Translations under genes and position numbers: made by a program
Assembly (NCBI GenBank): GCA_016124755.1
Contig: WGNA01000004.1
Span: 36,826-100,825 of the forward strand
Length of the DNA: 64,000 nt
Source of the DNA: Bacteroidota bacterium
GTDB taxonomy: Bacteria > Bacteroidota > Bacteroidia > NS11-12g > UBA9320
Direction of reading: 5' to 3'
Shown here: piece by piece, positions 50,359-60,519 of the stretch
Numbering within the stretch: the first letter of the stretch is position 1
Layout of the letters: each line of letters opens with the position of its first letter
The notes under the pieces: generated by a model
The model's database searches: none
What the model was told of the DNA's origin: nothing
What the model saw: only the letters and a program-made list of their open reading frames with translations

Positions 50359-53277
50359 ATGAAATCACCACTAATTTTATTTCTTTTATTAATTTCTTCT
50401 GTCTTTGTCTCGGCCCAGAACGGAACCATTCGTGGGTCCGTAATCGAAGACGCAACAGGGGATCCAGTAATATTTGCAGATGTTCTTGTTAAGGGACATC
50501 CAAACGGGGCCAGCACCGATATTGATGGAAAATTTTCCATTAGCCTTGCGCCCGGAACCTACACTCTTGAAGTAGCTTATCTCGGCTATCAAACGTTGGT
50601 TTTAACCGATGTAGTCGTTAAAGCAAATGATGTAACGATTCTCAACGATCTCAGAATAAAAGAGAAGTCGGATGGAGAAGGTAACGTCATTCAACAGGTT
50701 ACAATCAATGTAAAAACAAACAAGAACACCGAAGCTTCATTGATTACTATGAAGCAACGTTCTCCAACAATCCTGGATGGAATTCCTGCCGCAAAAATGG
50801 AATTGATCGGGGATCCGAATGCCGCAGAAGCTGCAAAGCGTGTTACCGGAGTTTCTGTGGAAGACGGCAAATATGTTTACGTAAGAGGTCTTGGAGACAG
50901 ATACACCAAGACTATGTTGAACAACGTAGATATCCCGGGACTTGATCCGGATAAGAACTCTCTTCAGATGGACTTATTTCCGGCCAACCTGATAGACCGT
51001 ATCACTGTAAGCAAAAATTTCTCTGCAGAATTACCTGCTGATTTTACCGGCGGTTTATTAAATGTTGAGACCAAGGATTTTCCGGATAAAAAGATTTTCA
51101 ATGTTTCGATAGGTACATCATACAATCCGGCGATGAACCTGAATAAAAATTATATTTCTTATCAGGGAGGTAAGTATGACTTTCTCGGTTTTGATGATGG
51201 CTCCAGAGCATTGCCCGACGGTGCCGAAAAATCGACAATTCCTACCCCGATCAGCGGTTCAAAATCTCAACAGGTTAACGACTTTGTAAATAGTTTTAAT
51301 CCTACACTCGGAGGAACGAGACAACGAAGTCCTCTTGATTTTTCTGCCAGTATCACTTTTGGAAATCAGATCAGCCTCACTAAAGGCGATTCTATGCCAA
51401 CCGAAAAGGATCCGAAGCTGGGTTATATTTTCTCTTTATCCTACAAAACTGATTACAAGTATTATAGTGATGTAGCGTACGGAGAATTTCAGAGAAGTCA
51501 GAAATCAAGTGTTTACGACATGGTTCAGGCGAATATGCAAACCGGAGGAATGGGCGAGCATAATGTACTGATCGGAATGCTTGGTGGTATTGCGTATAAA
51601 ACCAAATTGTCGAAATATCGATTTACGGTTATGCTGCTTCAGAGCGGAGAAAGCAAAGCCGGAATTTTTGAAATAGACAATGCCTCGGAGGCAGTAGGTC
51701 AATCGGGATATTACGCAATTTCCAATAACCTGGAATACAACCAGCGAACGCTCGCAAATGTGTTGCTTCAGGGAAATCACGTAATACCTAAAAAGGGATG
51801 GGAAATAGACTGGAGAGTTTCACCTACATTGTCATCTTCAACCGATCCTGACATTCGTAAAACCGCCTTTACTTATGCTTCCAACGATACATTCTTTTCG
51901 GCAGGAGCCGGAGGTAACCCTAGCCGGATCTGGAGATCACTCACTGAGATTAACGTAACGGCAAAAGTGGATTTCAAAAAAGAATATAGTTTGGGTAAAA
52001 TGGATTCAAAACTCAGATTTGGTTTTTCCGAAACATATAAGAAAAGAGATTACGAAATCATCTCTTTGTTTATGCAATTCTTCGGGCCTCAAAACTGGAG
52101 TTCAACCGATGTAAATCAGGTACTGAAACCGGAATATGTTTATCCTAATGCCCCGAATAAAATTTACTACCAAACCACTACGATAAGTCCGAATCCAAAT
52201 GCATATTCATCCGATGTAACGTGTTCGTCAGGTTATATTTCTAATGAATTTCAACTGAGTAAAAAAGTTAAGGCAATTGCAGGGTTAAGAGGTGAATATT
52301 ATCTTCAGCATCACACAGGTCGCGATCAGGCCTGGGCTCGCGGCGATCATGTAAGCGGTAAAAATCTAGATGATACCATCGTTATTAACCAATTCAACCT
52401 ATTCCCTTCCCTTAACTTCATTTATTCTTACACCGAAAAATCAAATCTCCGATTTACTTACGGAAGAACAACTGCAAGACCTTCCTTTAAAGAATTGTCT
52501 TTTGCACAGATTCTTGACCCGATCACCAACCGCTTTTTCAACGGAAGTTTATTCCAGTATTCATCATGGGCTGGCAATCTGGTTCCAACCATGATCGACA
52601 ATCTGGATGCTCGATGGGAAATGTTCCTCAAACGAAATCAAATGTTCTCGGTTAGCGGATTCTATAAAATGTTCACGAACCCGATTGAAATGGTTCGTAT
52701 TCCGGAACAACAAACCACAACGGAATATCAGCCGAGAAACGTGGGTAATGGCAAATTGCTCGGAGTTGAAATTGAAGTTCAGAAGAACTTTGACTTTATT
52801 CATCCGGCTTTCCACAAGTGGAGCTTTAGCGGAAACTTCACATTTGTGCAGTCACAGATCGACATGACTTCCACCGAATACAATGCCCGAAAACAGTACG
52901 AAAAAGAAGGTCAAGATGTAGGTCATACAAGACCAATGGCCGGTCAGTCGCCTTGGGTTGTAAACGCAGGAATTAGCTTTAACGATTATGAAAACGGCAC
53001 GAATGCAGGAATTTTCTATAATGTTAAAGGCCCTGCTTTATACATCGTTGGTGGAGGATTGTTCCCGGATATTTATTCTGAGCCGTTCAACAGTTTGAAT
53101 TTTAGTTTTAATAAAAAACTTGGTAAAGAACAGAAAACACAAATCGATTTCAAGGTTTCAAATATTTTGAACGATAAACTGGAAGCTTTTTATAAATCGT
53201 ACAAAGCCGACAAGCAAGTGTTCAGCAGTATCAATCCCGGACGTTCGTTCAGCTTTGGTATTAAACATTCCTTCTGA
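50359..53277 (+). CDS. TonB-dependent receptor with N-terminal carboxypeptidase-regulatory-like domain
   Basis: Signal peptide, CarbopepD_reg-like block (GTIRGSVIEDATGDPVIFADVLVKG), plug domain, and a C-terminal barrel ending in aromatic-x-aromatic. Confidence 0.8.
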   Translation: MKSPLILFLLLISSVFVSAQNGTIRGSVIEDATGDPVIFADVLVKGHPNGASTDIDGKFSISLAPGTYTLEVAYLGYQTLVLTDVVVKANDVTILNDLRIKEKSDGEGNVIQQVTINVKTNKNTEASLITMKQRSPTILDGIPAAKMELIGDPNAAEAAKRVTGVSVEDGKYVYVRGLGDRYTKTMLNNVDIPGLDPDKNSLQMDLFPANLIDRITVSKNFSAELPADFTGGLLNVETKDFPDKKIFNVSIGTSYNPAMNLNKNYISYQGGKYDFLGFDDGSRALPDGAEKSTIPTPISGSKSQQVNDFVNSFNPTLGGTRQRSPLDFSASITFGNQISLTKGDSMPTEKDPKLGYIFSLSYKTDYKYYSDVAYGEFQRSQKSSVYDMVQANMQTGGMGEHNVLIGMLGGIAYKTKLSKYRFTVMLLQSGESKAGIFEIDNASEAVGQSGYYAISNNLEYNQRTLANVLLQGNHVIPKKGWEIDWRVSPTLSSSTDPDIRKTAFTYASNDTFFSAGAGGNPSRIWRSLTEINVTAKVDFKKEYSLGKMDSKLRFGFSETYKKRDYEIISLFMQFFGPQNWSSTDVNQVLKPEYVYPNAPNKIYYQTTTISPNPNAYSSDVTCSSGYISNEFQLSKKVKAIAGLRGEYYLQHHTGRDQAWARGDHVSGKNLDDTIVINQFNLFPSLNFIYSYTEKSNLRFTYGRTTARPSFKELSFAQILDPITNRFFNGSLFQYSSWAGNLVPTMIDNLDARWEMFLKRNQMFSVSGFYKMFTNPIEMVRIPEQQTTTEYQPRNVGNGKLLGVEIEVQKNFDFIHPAFHKWSFSGNFTFVQSQIDMTSTEYNARKQYEKEGQDVGHTRPMAGQSPWVVNAGISFNDYENGTNAGIFYNVKGPALYIVGGGLFPDIYSEPFNSLNFSFNKKLGKEQKTQIDFKVSNILNDKLEAFYKSYKADKQVFSSINPGRSFSFGIKHSF

Positions 53278-53469
53278 TTTTAGAAATCAGATTATATACG
53301 TCACAGACTGATTATTTTGATAATTTGTTAGAGCCATCCGGAGAAATCCGGGTGGCTTTTTCACTTGTTCCTGAATAATGCACTCTCAAAAATGAAATGA
53401 CCGGAATAGTTCGGTTTGAAGCAATTTCGGAACAACAAAAGACTAATTTTGCCGACCCATTAAAAAAGC

Positions 53470-55233
53470 ATGCAATCCATTCGAAATATTGCCATCATAG
53501 CGCACGTCGATCACGGGAAAACCACATTGGTTGACAAAATCATTCAGGCTTGTAAAGTACTGGACGATCGAAAAGAAACCGGTGAGTTAATTCTCGATAA
53601 CAACGATCTGGAGCGAGAAAGAGGAATTACCATTCTTTCTAAAAACGTTTCCGTTCGATATCAGGATGTTAAAATCAACATCATCGATACACCGGGTCAC
53701 AGCGACTTCGGTGGCGAAGTTGAACGCGTTCTCAAAATGGCAGACGGCGTAATTCTGCTGGTTGACGCCTTTGAAGGTCCAATGCCGCAAACGCGTTTTG
53801 TGTTGAGCAAGGCTGTTGAACTGGGACTAAAACCCATTCTGGTTGTTAACAAAGTCGATAAGGAAAATTGTCGTCCGGATGAAGTTCAGCAAGACGTTTT
53901 CGAACTCATGTTTAACCTCGATGCAACCGAAGAACAACTCGATTTTGAGACTCTCTTCGGCAGTTCAAAACAAGGTTGGATGTCGTTCGACTACAAACAA
54001 CCCACAGATAATATTTTCCCGCTGCTCGATACCATAATTAAGGTAATTCCGGAAGCTCCGTACAGAGAAGGAAGTCCGCAGATGCAAATAACTTCCCTCG
54101 ATTTCTCAAGCTTTGTCGGAAGAATTGCGATCGGACGGGTTTTCAGAGGTGATCTGAACGTTGGTAAAGATTACAGTCTTTGTACTAAAGACGGGAATTT
54201 TAAAAAGGTTAGAATTAAAGAGCTCCACGTTTTTGAAGGACTCGGAAAAGCTCCGGCTACCAGTGTGAGAAGCGGAGATATCTGTGCGATCACCGGCCTC
54301 GACGACTTTGAAATTGGTGACACAATTGCTGATCTTGAAAAACCGGAAGCACTGCCCAGAATTAAGGTAGATGAACCTACGATGAGTATGCTTTTCACGA
54401 TTAACAACTCACCGTTTTTCGGAAAAGAAGGAAAATTTGTTACGTCGCGACATCTCCGCGACCGCTTGTATAAAGAAACAGAAAAAAACCTCGCACTGCG
54501 TGTTCAGTCAACGGAGAGCGAAGATAAATTCATTGTGCACGGCAGGGGAATTCTCCACCTGAGCGTATTGATTGAAACTATGCGACGGGAAGGTTACGAA
54601 TTGCAGGTAGGAAAACCTCAGGTAATCACAAAGGAAATCGACGGTCAGGTTAAAGAACCTTTTGAAACGCTCGTAATCGACGTGCCGGAAGAATATTCGG
54701 GAAAGGCCATTGAGCTTGTTACCATGCGAAAAGGAGAACTTCAGGTAATGGAACCCAAAGGGGATGTTCTGCATTTGGAATTTGATATTCCGTCGCGAGG
54801 TATCATCGGTCTTCGAAATAATATTTTAACTGCAACCGCCGGAGAAGCGGTTATGAATCATCGTTTCCGCGGATACGATGTTGTAAAAGGTGATATTCCG
54901 ACACGACTCAAAGGCTCTTTGGTGAGTATGGAAGAAGGTCAGGTTTTGGCGTACGCACTGGATCGTGTTCAGGATCGCGGAAGATTTTTCGTTGAACCGG
55001 GCGAACGAATTTATAAAGGTCAGGTAGTTGGGGAACACAACCGGAACAATGATCTGGATCTCAATCTGATCAAAGGGAAAAAACTCACCAACATACGCGC
55101 ATCCGGCACCGACGAAGCGGCCAAGATCGCTCCCAAAGTGCGCTTCTCTTTGGAAGAATCTATGGAATACATTCGGGAAGATGAGTATTTGGAAGTAACA
55201 CCGGAGAGTCTCAGAATGCGAAAAATCAATTGA
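53470..55233 (+). CDS. typA: translational GTPase TypA/BipA
   Basis: [20 protein letters not shown] and NKVD G-motifs, in an EF-G-like architecture of 587 aa. Confidence 0.95.
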   Translation: MQSIRNIAIIAHVDHGKTTLVDKIIQACKVLDDRKETGELILDNNDLERERGITILSKNVSVRYQDVKINIIDTPGHSDFGGEVERVLKMADGVILLVDAFEGPMPQTRFVLSKAVELGLKPILVVNKVDKENCRPDEVQQDVFELMFNLDATEEQLDFETLFGSSKQGWMSFDYKQPTDNIFPLLDTIIKVIPEAPYREGSPQMQITSLDFSSFVGRIAIGRVFRGDLNVGKDYSLCTKDGNFKKVRIKELHVFEGLGKAPATSVRSGDICAITGLDDFEIGDTIADLEKPEALPRIKVDEPTMSMLFTINNSPFFGKEGKFVTSRHLRDRLYKETEKNLALRVQSTESEDKFIVHGRGILHLSVLIETMRREGYELQVGKPQVITKEIDGQVKEPFETLVIDVPEEYSGKAIELVTMRKGELQVMEPKGDVLHLEFDIPSRGIIGLRNNILTATAGEAVMNHRFRGYDVVKGDIPTRLKGSLVSMEEGQVLAYALDRVQDRGRFFVEPGERIYKGQVVGEHNRNNDLDLNLIKGKKLTNIRASGTDEAAKIAPKVRFSLEESMEYIREDEYLEVTPESLRMRKIN

Positions 55234-55237
55234 TAAC

Positions 55238-55351
55238 TACTGACGAATGCTGGAGAAACTTGATTTAACCAAATCAATTCCGTTGGCATTGTCAGTTTAA
55301 ATTGGGGAATTGGAGAATTGGGGAATTGGAGAATTGGGGAATTGGAGAATA
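55238..55351 (+). repeat. REP-like hairpin (TACTGACGAATGC ... GGCATTGTCAGT) followed by AAATTGGGGAATT and about 3 tandem GGGGAATTGGAGAATT units
   Basis: An imperfect inverted repeat at 55238-55250 and 55285-55296, and 16-bp tandem units at 55304-55351. The same hairpin-plus-AAATTGGGGAATT unit recurs at 60335-60460. Confidence 0.7.
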
Positions 55352-55461
55352 TATTTTTCGAACCGTTAACAATAAGAACGTTTTGTGCGTGCTGAAACTG
55401 CAAGTACATCTTTTCAAAAAGCAGGAATTGCAATGTTTTTATATTGTTGCTATTTCTAATT

Positions 55462-55821
55462 TTATTTAAGTTTAGCTCTTGTAGTTTTTCTGATTGAACC
55501 AATTAGTTTGAGCAATTCTTCAACCGATACTGTTAGTCGGTTCAATTCTGGATTTTTGGATTCGGAAGTTGCATTAATAATTCTTAACCAGTAATGAGTT
55601 TCTCTTGCTTCACGATAAGCAATACTAATTTTGTGGAAGAATTCTTTTCTCGATTGAGACCCCATTGATTCTTCGATATTGGCACCGATCGACGTTCCCG
55701 ATTTGAATAATTGATTCTTTAAAACTTCCGGTATTTCGGATCTTTTCTTGTTTTTGAGGTAATTCAAGAGGTTGACTGAAAACGCAAAACTTTTTATCAA
55801 AACCGGGTTGGAATCTTCCAT
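55462..55821 (-). CDS. four-helix-bundle protein (23S rRNA intervening-sequence protein / Avd-like family)
   Basis: Size is 119 aa with diagnostic blocks SIGANIEE and AYREARETHYWLRI. Confidence 0.8.
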   Translation of the reverse strand: MEDSNPVLIKSFAFSVNLLNYLKNKKRSEIPEVLKNQLFKSGTSIGANIEESMGSQSRKEFFHKISIAYREARETHYWLRIINATSESKNPELNRLTVSVEELLKLIGSIRKTTRAKLK

Positions 55822-56113
55822 CTTGTTAGAATTAGTCTATAAAGGAACCCTGAATTTTACGTTTATTATAGCATTGTAAATGGGGAAAAATTTAACGCTT
55901 AAAATTTCTGACTAAGCGTACAGACCTTATTTGTGTATTTTAATTAAACGGCTTAAGCTGACAACACGGATCGCCTAATTCTTCGTCACCCAATTTAAAT
56001 GGGCTTCTTCATTTGGATAATAATTAATGATGGTAAAAGGCAGGTTTATATAGCCGAAAATTTCGATTCGAAAGAATGAGATTCTGAAACGCGTGTAGGA
56101 TGACCATCGATCG

Positions 56114-56525
56114 AACATTTACCAATTCTCCAATTCACGAATTCCCCAATTCAAAAGAGTTCCTTCACTTTGTTCAGGACGACGTTGTCTGTGCTTGTAA
56201 CAAAGGATTCTTCGTTACACTCAGAATTTCAACTAACTTCCATGGCAAAAGGTACTGCATCGAGTTCAGGATGATCTTCGAATGAACATTTACCAATTCT
56301 CCAATTCACGAATTCCCCAATTCAAAAGAGTTCCTTCACTTTGTTCAGGACGACGTTGTCTGTGCTTGTAACAAAGGATTCTTCGTGACACTCAGAATTT
56401 CAACTAACTTCCATGGCAAAAGGTACTGCATCGAGTTCAGGATGATCTTCGAATGAACATTTACCAATTCTCCAATTCACGAATTCCCCAATTTAAAAGA
56501 GTTCTTTCATTTTGATGATTAGTTG
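56114..56525. repeat. 171-bp tandem repeat, about 2.4 copies, each unit beginning with an inverted copy of the AATTGGGGAATTGGAGAATT motif
   Basis: Unit starts fall at 56114, 56285 and 56456. Copies are near-identical, with a single T/G difference between units 1 and 2. Each contains ccaattctccaattcacgaattccccaattc. Confidence 0.8.
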
Positions 56526-56674
56526 GCTAATCAAAAAAAAGAACTAATTCGTAATACTCAGCTCAGATAAACACTTAAATCTTTAGTCACTATCTCAAGT
56601 CCTGATTGAAATTTACCCAGCTAGTCAAGCGTTAAAACCTACCAATCCCATTTTTTTCATTCCTTTAATTCTTT

Positions 56675-58633
56675 TCATTTCTTAATTCTCCAAAGAACTC
56701 CTGCCATAATCCATCTACCCGGCATTTTGCTGCCGAGGATGTTTTGATACTGAACATCAAAAGCGTTTTGGATTTGAATATTTAAACCGAATTCGGGAGT
56801 GATCATATAGCCGATTCTGGAGTTCCAGAGTGTGTAGGTTTTTGCAAGTACCGTAGCGATTTCAGGTGCAATTACACCGAGCCGTTCTTTGTATAAAGTG
56901 GTTACGGCAAATTCAAATTTGTGAATATTTAATATGAGTTTATTGGTAATTAAATGTTTGGCGTGACTTGCTATGTAAACCGAAACAACATCATCCGCAT
57001 TGCTGGTATTTAAATAAGTGTAGCCCAGATTCCAGATTAATGATGTTTCAGAATTAATTTTTTTTCGCAATCCCGATTCGATTTCGAAACCGTATGTCTG
57101 AACCTTGGTGACGTTTTTCGCGAAATAATAATCGGCTCCGGGTTGAAGACTTCCTACTGAGCTTACCGACCCGATTTCCGATTGATTGGTTAAAACATAG
57201 TCAATGAGATTACCCGACTGACGAACAAAGCCGGTTGCTTTTACCTGCCAGTTCTTAACGATCGTATAATTTAATCCCAACTCTTCCGACCAGCTTCTTT
57301 CGGCAACCAGATCCGGATTTCCGAGACTTCTTCCCGGCGTTAAATTTTTTAAACTGTTCGAAACAAACCGTTCGGTATAATCGGCTGCCCGGATACTTTT
57401 TCCGGCTGAACCCCGGATTACTAATTTATTTTTTACATACGAAACATTCACCTGCGGAGAAAATTCAAACTGATAATTATTGTCGTAATCTCCGCGAAGG
57501 CTGGTCGTAATATTCAAACCATTGTGACGGTAAACGCCCATGACATACGCTCCGAAATGATAATTTTCGTGATCGCCGCGATCCGTACTTTCAATTTTTC
57601 GTTTGTCGGCTTGCAGCCCGCCTTTAACCGTAATATTTTTATCCAACTGAATCATGTGATTCAACGTAAGATTTAAAAACTGACTGGTGTGGATATTCGT
57701 TGAAGCGAAATCCGGACTGAACATAAAAGAATCGGTGTTGTATTTATACGCGATGTTGAGATCGGTTAATGTTTTGGCGGTTTGTTTCTGCAGCCGCATT
57801 TGATTCCAGAAATTGGTAACGCGTTCGGTGGATTTATCGAACGGACTTGTTGTATAAAAATATCTGGCTCCGAAATCGCGGAAGTCGAATGAAGACCGGA
57901 TATGAAGACTGTATTGATCCGAAAAACGATAGGCGAAAGAAGCACCTGCCGAGTAATTGTTGAAGTAATTATTATAGGATGAAAGTGTGGTTGCCGTATC
58001 AAGAATTTTCGCCGGAATAAATTCACCATCGGATTGATTAAGCATAAAACCGGCACCGAATGTTACCTTTCCACTTCGATAATTAAAACCCTGATTGGTG
58101 GAAGTAAGCCTGTGCTGGCCCCGGTTGAGATTTCCGGAAACCTCCATTCCGTCTTTCTGATGTGAAGCCGAAAAAGTTTTGGTGATCACATTAATAACAC
58201 CTCCGACTGCATCCGCTCCGTAAATGGCTGCGGCAGCTCCGCGAAGAATTTCAATTCGCTCGATTTCTGCCGGTTGAATCGGGATATAACTGTTGAAGTG
58301 ACCGGTGAGGGGATCGTTCATTTTCATACCGTCGATTAAAACCAAAACCTGCGTGAAAGTGGAACCGCGCATGAGAATGTCTCCCTGTGTTCCGAATCCG
58401 CCTCTGGATTGAATTTCAACACTGGTAATGGTTTGCAGAATTTCATCTAAGGATGTTGCTGGTAAAGACTGAATTTCTTTGGCTGTGATTACAGTTATGT
58501 TCCGGCCGGTTTCACTCATTTTTAACGGAACCCGAACAGTGGAAATATCGATTGTGTCTAGGTCGTAATCAACCTGGGCCATTGATATTAGAGCTGATTG
58601 TATGACGAATAATGTGGCAACTATTCTTTTCAT
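56675..58633 (-). CDS. TonB-dependent outer-membrane receptor (BtuB/CirA-like)
   Basis: Signal peptide from the internal Met MKRIVATLF, a plug domain (DEILQTITSVEIQSRGGFGTQGDILMRGS, ILRGAAAAIYG), and a 22-strand barrel ending in WRIKK. Confidence 0.8.
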   Translation of the reverse strand: MKRIVATLFVIQSALISMAQVDYDLDTIDISTVRVPLKMSETGRNITVITAKEIQSLPATSLDEILQTITSVEIQSRGGFGTQGDILMRGSTFTQVLVLIDGMKMNDPLTGHFNSYIPIQPAEIERIEILRGAAAAIYGADAVGGVINVITKTFSASHQKDGMEVSGNLNRGQHRLTSTNQGFNYRSGKVTFGAGFMLNQSDGEFIPAKILDTATTLSSYNNYFNNYSAGASFAYRFSDQYSLHIRSSFDFRDFGARYFYTTSPFDKSTERVTNFWNQMRLQKQTAKTLTDLNIAYKYNTDSFMFSPDFASTNIHTSQFLNLTLNHMIQLDKNITVKGGLQADKRKIESTDRGDHENYHFGAYVMGVYRHNGLNITTSLRGDYDNNYQFEFSPQVNVSYVKNKLVIRGSAGKSIRAADYTERFVSNSLKNLTPGRSLGNPDLVAERSWSEELGLNYTIVKNWQVKATGFVRQSGNLIDYVLTNQSEIGSVSSVGSLQPGADYYFAKNVTKVQTYGFEIESGLRKKINSETSLIWNLGYTYLNTSNADDVVSVYIASHAKHLITNKLILNIHKFEFAVTTLYKERLGVIAPEIATVLAKTYTLWNSRIGYMITPEFGLNIQIQNAFDVQYQNILGSKMPGRWIMAGVLWRIKK

Positions 58634-58844
58634 TTTAGCAGTGCATTTTTGATTGAGGCCGCGAAAGTAATCCGATTTCTTATGGTAAATAAAATGTGAT
58701 GGATATCTTGAAAGGTGTGAATCTGACACTAATTAGCTTTCAAAATGAATCTCACTTTTATCAAATGAATTTTTGGGTAAGCTGATCGATTACTGTTGAA
58801 CTTACGATTTCTGTAACACCGGTTTCCGTTCAATTCTTCTAATT

Positions 58845-60296
58845 TTGGCCGCAAACAATATTTATATGTCAGTACGAAATCTTGAACCCAAAGCCGTCTG
58901 GAATCATTTTGAAGATTTGAATGCCGTTCCAAGGGCTTCCAAGAAAGAGCAGCGGGTAATTGCTTTTATAAAATCATTCGGAGAAGGTCTGGGTTTGCCA
59001 ACACATGTTGATCCGATCGGAAACGTAATAATTACCAAACCGGCTTCTGCAGGAATGGAAAACCGCAAAACTGTGATTCTTCAGAGCCATCTCGACATGG
59101 TTCACCAGAAGAATGCAGATACCGATTTTAATTTTGATACAGACGGAATTCAATCGTACATCGATGGTGATTGGGTGCGCGCAAAAGGAACAACTCTCGG
59201 AGCCGATAACGGAATGGGAGTAGCTTCCATAATGACTTTACTGGCATCTACAGATATTGCTCATCCTCCGTTAGAAGCACTTTTTACCATTGATGAAGAA
59301 ACCGGAATGACCGGTGCTTTTAATCTGGAACAAGGTATTCTGAAAGGTTCTATTTTATTAAATCTCGATACGGAAGACGACGATGAATTTTCGATTGGAT
59401 GTGCCGGCGGGATGGATACAAATTCCGAAAAACACTATCCTTTACATCCGGTTTCAAAAGGTGTTGCGTGGAAGATCACGGTTAACGGATTAAAAGGCGG
59501 ACACAGCGGTGTAGACATTAATCTGGAACGCGGAAACGCTAATAAAATCATGAACCGGTTGATGTTCAATCGCGATGTTCAAATTGTGTCGATCAACGGA
59601 GGCAGTCTTCGAAATGCGATTCCACGCGAAAGTTTTGCGGTAATAATTGCCGGAGAAAATTATAAGAGTGATGTCGCTTCTTTGGTTGATGAAATTAAAG
59701 CAGAATACACGGCGGAAGATCCGGGGCTCAACATAAATATTGTTCAAACGGAAACTCCGGCTAATGCACTGAGTCTGGAAGATAGTCGGGAAATTATTGT
59801 TGCCTTATACGCTTGTCATAACGGAGTTTTCCGAATGAGCCGCGCGATTCCCGGTTTGGTGGAAACCTCTTCATCTCTCGCCCGCGTAATTGTGGAAGAC
59901 GGAAAATTTGTAACGCAAAGTTTGCAACGCAGTTCGTTGGAAAGTGGAAAATGGGATGTGGCGAATACGGTTGCTGCACCGTTCCGACTGATCAATTGCA
60001 AAGTAGAACAGGGGGGAAGTTACCCGGGTTGGGCACCAAATCCGAAATCGGAAATTCTCGATGTGATGGAGCACCGCTACGAAACCTTATTCGGGGAAAA
60101 GCCGCACGTAATGGCAATTCACGCCGGACTCGAATGTGGAATTATCGGAGAGCGATACCACGGCTTGGATATGATTTCTTTTGGTCCGACCATCGTTGGT
60201 CCGCATAGTCCGGATGAACGTGTTTCTATTTCTTCGGTTCAGAAATTCTGGAAATTCTTGTTAGATGTATTGGAACATACCCCGGAGGGGAATTAA
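58845..60296 (+). CDS. pepD: aminoacyl-histidine (Xaa-His) dipeptidase, M20C
   Basis: PepD blocks (LQSHLDMVHQKN, GADNGMGVA, FTIDEETGMTGA) in 483 aa. Confidence 0.85.
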   Translation: MAANNIYMSVRNLEPKAVWNHFEDLNAVPRASKKEQRVIAFIKSFGEGLGLPTHVDPIGNVIITKPASAGMENRKTVILQSHLDMVHQKNADTDFNFDTDGIQSYIDGDWVRAKGTTLGADNGMGVASIMTLLASTDIAHPPLEALFTIDEETGMTGAFNLEQGILKGSILLNLDTEDDDEFSIGCAGGMDTNSEKHYPLHPVSKGVAWKITVNGLKGGHSGVDINLERGNANKIMNRLMFNRDVQIVSINGGSLRNAIPRESFAVIIAGENYKSDVASLVDEIKAEYTAEDPGLNINIVQTETPANALSLEDSREIIVALYACHNGVFRMSRAIPGLVETSSSLARVIVEDGKFVTQSLQRSSLESGKWDVANTVAAPFRLINCKVEQGGSYPGWAPNPKSEILDVMEHRYETLFGEKPHVMAIHAGLECGIIGERYHGLDMISFGPTIVGPHSPDERVSISSVQKFWKFLLDVLEHTPEGN

Positions 60297-60334
60297 TAAT
60301 GAAAAGAATGAAAGGAATTAAGAATTACTGACGA

Positions 60335-60460
60335 ATGCCTTTGAAAATACCATGTAATAACTTGCTGGCGGAACGGCATTGTCAGCATAAATTGGGGAAT
60401 TACTGACGAAAGCCGAAGTGCAATTTTGTTGAGGCATCATACTCGCACGGCATTGTCTGT
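60335..60460 (+). repeat. two tandem REP-like hairpin units of the 55238 family
   Basis: tactgacgaatgc...ggcattgtcagc ataaattggggaatt actgacgaaagcc...cggcattgtctgta. Confidence 0.65.
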
Positions 60461-60519
60461 ATGAATTTACTTTATTTCAGGATTTGATTTTGTTGTAATT
60501 GTTAGCAATAATTACCGAG

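Noticed and set aside
53415-53451. Bacteroidota-type promoter upstream of typA (TTTG ... TAATTTTG)
   Set aside because: The spacing between the two elements is about 25 nt, outside the usual 19-21 nt, so I did not list it as a feature.
55299-55351. Possible CRISPR array, suggested by short direct repeats GGGGAATTGGAGAATT
   Set aside because: The units are 16 bp and contiguous with no spacers, and no cas genes are nearby. This is a simple tandem repeat.
55462-56525. Diversity-generating retroelement, suggested by an Avd-like four-helix-bundle gene next to 171-bp near-identical repeats
   Set aside because: No reverse transcriptase gene is in the vicinity. The repeats are tandem rather than a TR/VR pair at a gene's 3' end. 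The single difference between units is T/G, not adenine-specific.
58730-58844. Cobalamin or other riboswitch upstream of the BtuB-like TonB receptor
   Set aside because: The leader is only about 115 nt and shows no B12-box or other conserved riboswitch core that I can recognise.
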